64,000 bases of DNA. Source: Conidiobolus incongruus B7586 (Eukaryota). The stretch covers positions 1-64,000 of the forward strand of contig JNEM01009894.1 in assembly GCA_000697335.1 (NCBI GenBank), written 5' to 3'. Positions 56,513 to 64,000 of the stretch are shown one piece after another (within the stretch, counting starts at the first letter, position 1; each line of letters opens with the position of its first letter). The translations under genes and the position numbers were made by a program. The notes beneath the pieces are model-generated. The model was not told where the DNA came from and ran no database searches. It saw only the letters and a list, made by a program, of their open reading frames with translations.

Positions 56513-59500
56513 ATTATATACTTAATAAGGAATTAATTCCAATTCAAATAATTAATTATCAAACAATTGTTTGTACTAAATTCATAAATTAATAAGTTGG
56601 CTGTATATATTCAAATAAATTAAATTCCATTGACTAACCGGGAAAAGCTCAAAATATATAATTAAAAAAACCATTGAATTGAAATCTTATAATCCAATAT
56701 AATTTAATAAACAATAACTAATAAATTGGATAATTATGATTTAATTTTATAATTATATTAACAATTTATAAATTTTATTTTTATTTTAAATAAACTAATT
56801 AAATTAATATTTTGACAAATTTGCAAAATATATATAATATTTAATTATTTAAATTGAGAACTATATATAATTTCATTAAAATTATAATATTCAAAATAAT
56901 TAATAAATTTTAATTATTAAATAATTAATATTATTTTTAAGCAATAAAATTCTATAAAACGTACTTATATTACTTTTCCTTGATATCGTAAAATTCAGTT
57001 TTATTAATTAACTAATGGCTTTTAAACTGATATGGAATATTAAATGAATCATTTTATACACATGCTAATTATTTTAAATTAATAGACTAACATCAATAAT
57101 TATATATATTTATTAATTATATTGGAATTCAATTAAATGAAATTGAATATAATCAATTTTGATAAAATAAAAGAAAGTGAAAATTATTACATTGGAATAT
57201 ATTGTTTAGATTATTATTAATTTATAATAATTAAAGTTATAGAAATATATTATGATTTTTTAATAAGTATGAAAATATAAATACTTTTAATTAATTATTG
57301 AATATACTCCATATTCTAATATGAATGCATTTATATCAATCTTTAGTTGAAGTGATAAAATTTGAATTATTGACTCGAACATAATTCTTGTATCTAATAT
57401 AACACTTGAATATTAAAATATGATTATTATATATATATTTATTAATAATATTGAATTGGTTTTAATTCTTATTTTCCAAATATTATTAATTTTCAAAATT
57501 TAGCCGGACAATATTTCAACCCCAATAGGTCTAAAATGCATTATTGAATAACAAGGTTTTAACTAATTCATATGGTATTAAATATAACTGAAACAGTTAA
57601 TATTTTGAATTTGATAATATTGTTAAAACGAAGGTTAGAGAAATCAAATATATATTATATTAATAAAAAGAGATAAAAACTTGAAATTTGCTAAATTATT
57701 TAAAATTGATTATAGATAATATTGAATATAAATATATTATCTCGATATATTAGACTATTTAGATCATAGTAACAAAACTTTTATTGTTTATCATATCATT
57801 AAATTTAACATTATGTTGAAATTACTAGATATAACTATATTAACTATATATTAAGTAATTATTGGATTTGGATAAGGTTTAATATGTATATGTATATATT
57901 TATATCACCATATCCCTTTTCATTCGTCAGTATTACTAAATTGACAAACAATGGTGACCCCTGATTTAAATAAACATTAATAATAGAATAATTAATCATG
58001 CATTTAGGAATGCATATTCTTTAATAGGATCTGAAAAAATTATAATAATGAATCCTGAAATGAACTATAGAATATTTAAAAAGTTAATATCACTTTTTTT
58101 CATATATATTTTTATCAGGATTTCATGATTAATTATATTTATACATTAGGTTAATTAATATACTGAAAACGATTAATGAATATTTCAAATAAAGATAATA
58201 TTTATTAAAATTTTAGTTAAAATTAAGTTAAATAGCTGACAAATAATATTCTTAAGATTTTTAATGATTAGATATTATCGATCCTATTAAATGGCCAAAT
58301 TTAGACTATATTCCTTTAATATTTAACCTGATAAATTTGATCAAATAATTGCCACTCCTCCATTCAAGTTAAATCTTATCCTTATTCAAATGAAAAAGGT
58401 TAAGATCTAATTTAATATTTATGAGTAAAATTACTTTGGATATTATTTAATTATAGAATGTGTGTATATTTGAATATATACACATCTTGAAATAATATAT
58501 TCAATTAAATACAAATTTCTCAATATATATAATACCATAATACTGGTGACGTGAAATACTAATTGTAGAAAAATTTATCAATTTAGGAATAAAATGAATG
58601 AATGAATAGCTCAACTATATCAAAGAAAGTGGATAAATATTTAATAAAAAGATTCACTCCTTTATTCTATTAATTGAATAGTCTATTATATTTGGAAACG
58701 GTTCATAATTATAATTATTATTTCAATCATTTGAAGTTAGTGTTATGTAGCATATATTTATTCTAAAATGGATATCTCTAATATATTATTGGAATTTATT
58801 TAACTATAACAACAGTTTTTAGCTTTTGTGATAGCTTAGTTTAAATCAGAATTATCTTGATATAGTTAACATATTAATTCGATCATATATACATGTAAGT
58901 TAACTTTATTCAGTTAGGTGTAATGAAAATGTTGGGATTTATTCAATATATTTAATTATTTGTTATAGATTAGTCCAATAAAATAATGATCTATAATGTT
59001 ACCTTTGAGTTCAATTCTTCAATAATAGTTAGTCTACTATCTACAACTGACTATATCAACTTCACAGTATATTATCCAAAATATTATTTTTAATACAATT
59101 CTATTGGATTTATTAAATTTGACTAGTTAAACAGTCATTTATTTATATTAACAAATATTTAATTGAAAAATTTGGAAATTTGTCAATTGACAAATTTATT
59201 CAAATTTGAACGAAATAAAAAATTCAATCTAGTGTAGACTTGTATCAATATCCAAGCAATAATCAAAACTCACTAAAAAACTATAATTCATAATAATCAT
59301 TATTTTCACAAATATATTAAATCTTTAATATTTTATATATAATTCATAAAATTAAGAATATTTTCAATCAAAGTGATATCAACAGCATTTTTCCAATATA
59401 TATTGAATATCAGACCATAGTTTACTCAAAATATCAAACAATTATTTCATTATAAAAGTATTTTTTAATTTACAATAAACAGTTTATTCAAGTTTAGCAG

Positions 59501-62500
59501 AAAAATTATTCTGATATATTGAAAATTTAAACCTTTTATTCTAGATTCCTTTTAGTCCATTAAGAAATTCTATATTTCTTAAATTTATAACTATTTTACT
59601 CATGAAATGACAATGACAACTTTTATTTTAAATGACATAATATGTTGTGTCTATGTCACATTCTTAACCAATAATAGCATTATGCTATACTCTTTTTGAT
59701 TATATTTAATCATGCAATCAATAACAATTCAATTTTAATATCATCTAATGCATTCGCATTTAATACAATAACCCAATTGTTAAGTTTGTTATAATAATAT
59801 GGAAATTAATATATCAATTTAGCTATTCTAAGACATCATTTATTTTTTATTTTAACAGTTTAGATCAACAGCAAATAACTGAGAAATATAATATAATAAA
59901 TCATTTTATGATTTAATTCGTACTCAATAAGAAAATAGTTGTAAATATAAAATTTTATTAATTAACCCGATTGGAATATATATGCCAATTTTATTTTATT
60001 TTTCAAAAATATGATATTAGTTTATTAAGTGAATAATAGTCCTTAATAATAGGCCAAATGATGAATTAATAAGAATATTTTAATATATATCTTAAAAATT
60101 TGTATAATGTAAATATATGGTTAGTTTAAATCATATTCAAATATTTTATAATTTAATTCAAATTTCATTTTTGATAAAAACTATTTAACTCTATTTTAAA
60201 AATATTAGCTCAGAATTAAGAATATATTTTAGAATAAAAGGATATAGTCATAGTTATTATAAAAATTTTAAATTAATTTTTATTTCGCTCTATTAACTTG
60301 TGTTACTTGAAACTTGATATTTTAATAATCATGTTTAGAAATATATATATATGTTAAACTTTATTAAACTACCTTTTACGTTATATCTTTTGGATTGAAA
60401 ATAAATTAACCAAGCTTCCAATTGTGTATATCTTAAATCGTCTCATACTTAGTATAAATACTATTAATATAACTAGGTATAATATTGAATCATTTTTAAT
60501 ATAATTACATATAAATTTATACAAATTTGATATATTACTTTAAACTAACTTTGTTCATTGACTTTTGAAAAATAAATTTCCATATTTTTCTGTTGAAAAT
60601 TATTAAATGTAATATTAATATAAAATTTATGACAGTATCAAACTATAGTAAATGATATATTAATTCCAATGATGTGAAGAAATCAATTAACAAATTTCTT
60701 GAATTAGAATATAAAAAATTGAATTTATATTAAAATAGTATAATTTTAAATGTTTATATAATTAAAGTTTCTATTATAATATATTAATCCATATTAGAAA
60801 GTTAATTTGGCAAACAATAGTTATTTACATAGTCTGTAAATTGTAAGACTAAATTTTCTATTTACAAATATAATGAAATATTTTGCTAATTGAAAAAATA
60901 TTCAACTTGTTAAGTAATGATATAATTATTTTGAATTAATAAAATATATAAAAAAATTATTTAACTAAAATAATGATATTGATTCAAATAACAAGATTGA
61001 TTATAAGAAAACTTCTATTTTTTATATTTAATAAACATGATATTATAGATCTAATTGGTAAAATCTTACTATATATCATTTATATATGATTATAGCAATT
61101 TTGTAATTAATTTGAGATTCTATGTATTCACACTTTCTTTTGAAATTTATTTAAGATTAAAATCGGAATAATTGAAAATTTAAGAATTAATATAGTGTTA
61201 TATTTATATTTTTGCAAATAAATATCATTATTATTTTTATATTTTATTCAATTATATTCATTGATTAATATCTTTATATTCAATAACGATGCACTTTATT
61301 AGACAATTGGTAAAGATATCCTAATTAGGGATATTGTGAATAATTAAATATAATATTCAAAAATAATAAAATAAAAATTATAAGATCAAAATGTTTGAAA
61401 TATTATATTTATAATCATAATCATAATAAAATATTTTGACATTAAATATTGTATAAGCTAAAATAAAATAAGCTTGAAAATAATATTTCAATAGTCTATA
61501 AGATCGTCTGATTTAAAATCAATTGTAATATAATTTAAAATTTAATAACATTTTGGTCTAATATTTCGATATGTTCTGAATAAGTAATTTAGCCTAATAT
61601 AGAAATGATCTCAATTTCCTCCGACCGAAATCCCATTAAATCTCTTAAATTATATTATTTATTCCCCTAACACATATGTTTATATATCATTACTTCGCAT
61701 TACCATTTCATCTTAACATTTTAGTTTACAATTTTTAACTATATGTTTATGTTTAATTGATTAATTTGTATGTTGATATTAAATTAACTATAATATTACA
61801 AATTCGAATGGTTCAATTTATTTATTCGATATTATGATTCGAATTTATCTTACTGAAATTTAGTTGAAATAAAAACTTCATTCCTCTCTCGGCCATGCAT
61901 GACTTAGGGAGATAGAAAATTATTTTTTAATATAAGATTCTAGACTAAATATTGTATTTTAAATTAGGTTAAAACACAAGCAATCAGAAGATCTCTTCAT
62001 ATCAATCCATTTTGAGTAGCTCACTCCTCCTGACATTTGGCAAAGAACATCCAAGAAGGGACAGGTTTTATTCAATATATACAATATTACATCTTGACTC
62101 ATTAAATTATAGATGACTTGATAAGTTAATTAAGCCGAAATTTTAATTTTTTTTAAAAAAATATATATATTTAAAAAATTTCAATAATAAAATAAATATT
62201 CAAATTAGATGAAGAAACTGGTCCGATTTATTTTGCTTTCCATTTTTCTTTTAACCTGGAATATTTACTATCTAAAATTAGAAATACTTGATAAATTGAT
62301 AAACCTTCAAAATTATTGAAACTATTATATCCAAGTTTTATATTTCATCCAAATATAAAATTCATATGATATTAAAAAACTCATTAAATTATTAATGTTA
62401 TATAAAAATACACTATTCTGTGATAATTCAAAATCAAATATATATTTATTATTATTATTATTATTATTATAAAGCAGAAACATTTTATTGAATCCTAATT

Positions 62501-62935
62501 TGAAAAAAAATTGAAATATATTTCTTGAATATAAATATTTTTTATTAATTTTGAAAAAAAATATTTATATTATGAATAAGTGTACAATATAATTTTAAAT
62601 TGAATATAAGAATTATATTTATATGAATAGATTTAATATTGGATTTAAAATAATAATTTATTCATACTCTATTTTTATTAATAATCATTCATTTATTCAC
62701 TTATTTCTGGTTGATGTATTTTTAAAAAATCCATATAATTTTACCAATTAACTTCAACATTGTTAAGATTTTATTAGGAGAGGATAAATAGTAACATAAC
62801 ACAGTTAAAAATGAATCTATTATTTAAAAATACATATGTTCAAAACCGTCAAAAATTATCAAGAATATTTCGCTTCTAACGAACTGGACCAAGGATTGGG
62901 GGATCTTGGTCATCTTGATGATTGATGGGACTGGA

Positions 62936-64000
62936 CTAATTGTTACCACTAAATGGCCCTAATTCACCGACAAGTCCTTTGCCTGGAACATGTTCTGGAG
63001 TGAGCTCTTGATAGTTTGAAAAGAAAGCAAAAATCTGTTCTTGCGGCTCTTCAGAGTTAGATTGAAGATTAGAAAATAAATAATCAAAATTGTAAGTTTG
63101 GTCATTTTGATAGATATCAAGCCAACTTTTGCCATTGTCATCGTTACTCAAATTCTCAGTTTTTATCCTTTTGGTTCTCTTTCTTTTTCTCTCTTCTTTT
63201 TTAAAGTGATGCTTGCCTTTGTTCATTAAAAAAGCTCGGCAAACAACCAATAATATTCCTGTAGCTCTGCCATCAATCGTATTGTGATAAACTCAACCAA
63301 TCTCACAAATTCTTTGAGCCATCGAGGAACAGAGCTATTGAGATGACCTAGCTTCCATTTGACCAAAGTGCCGATGGCTTTTTGGTAAGTTTGCAAATAA
63401 GATACCTTTAGTAAAATTGAGATAAAATCAGACTCAACTCCAATGGAGTGTAGCACCTTGGCGACGTATTGCAATTGAAAATCAATCAGCGGGTTATCAG
63501 TCTCATCCAAGATACTATTCAGGTAATCGATATGGTAATGAACAACGCTCTCAGTGGCAAATGTTGAGAGCTATTTTTTAGAGTCAAACACTCCTTCAAC
63601 AAAATCACCCTTATCATTCGATCCAATTTCAATGTCAGAGTTTTCAACATCTTGAGATTCTGATATTCTGTTAGGTTCATCGTCATTATTAAACAGAGAA
63701 TTTAGAGCAGTATCCTGAACTGGGATTTCTTTATAGCTGTCTGGGTTATTCTCATCGAGCAATAGATCAGTGCCTTCCAACTGTTTCCCTTTGGCAATTC
63801 GATGTGGATTGGGTATTCTTGGTTGTTTACTAGTTGTTTTGTTTTTTTTGATACGATGTAGACGCTTTTTCTGGACAAAGACGGTTCCGAGATCAGAAAT
63901 AATTCTTTTAACAGATTGATTAAAATAAAACGTGAGTCTTATTATAACATGTATTAGATATGCGGGAATATCACTGGAGTAGAGTTGAGATATTATATGT
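62936..64000 (-). pseudogene. Disrupted coding sequence of unknown product entering from the right edge
   Basis: One frame is open from the window end to TAG 63571-73, continues in the same frame to 63226, then shifts frame at a T-run into the 62936-63250 ORF; no introns evident. Confidence 0.6.

Noticed and set aside
56600..62900. 6-kb gene-free AT-rich tract scanned for arrays, tRNAs or centromeric repeats
   Set aside because: No periodic repeat, tRNA or coding signal found by eye

Overview
A very AT-rich eukaryotic window with short GT-AG introns. The gene content is fungal, and I infer an early-diverging lineage such as Entomophthorales/Conidiobolus-like, which the sequence alone does not prove. 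It carries about 17 apparently intact protein genes: the MET6 3' end, a coiled-coil protein, an HMG-box protein, UBX4/TUG, a small mitochondrial protein, CIA30, GLE1, a LEU5-type carrier, a CSC1/OSCA channel, BCKDHB, SCS2/VAP, an NT-C2 protein, CIA2, SNIP1/PML1, a Cys-rich GPI-type protein, UFD2 and an intronless Cys-rich orphan. It also holds a decayed CSC1 paralog, an unknown pseudogene at the right edge and several transposon relics that the ORF track misses. The three strongest signals are: (1) two diverged, inverted ~430-bp non-coding copies (48.9-49.4 kb and 52.5-53.0 kb) with compensatory base changes, suggesting an unannotated structured RNA family; (2) a full-length DD34D mariner whose lesions are mostly inferred CpA->TpA and CpG->TpG transitions, a RIP-like signature; (3) an orientation-fixed AATCCCATAA motif 100-190 bp upstream of four genes. 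Exon boundaries and RNA pairings were read by eye and are approximate.
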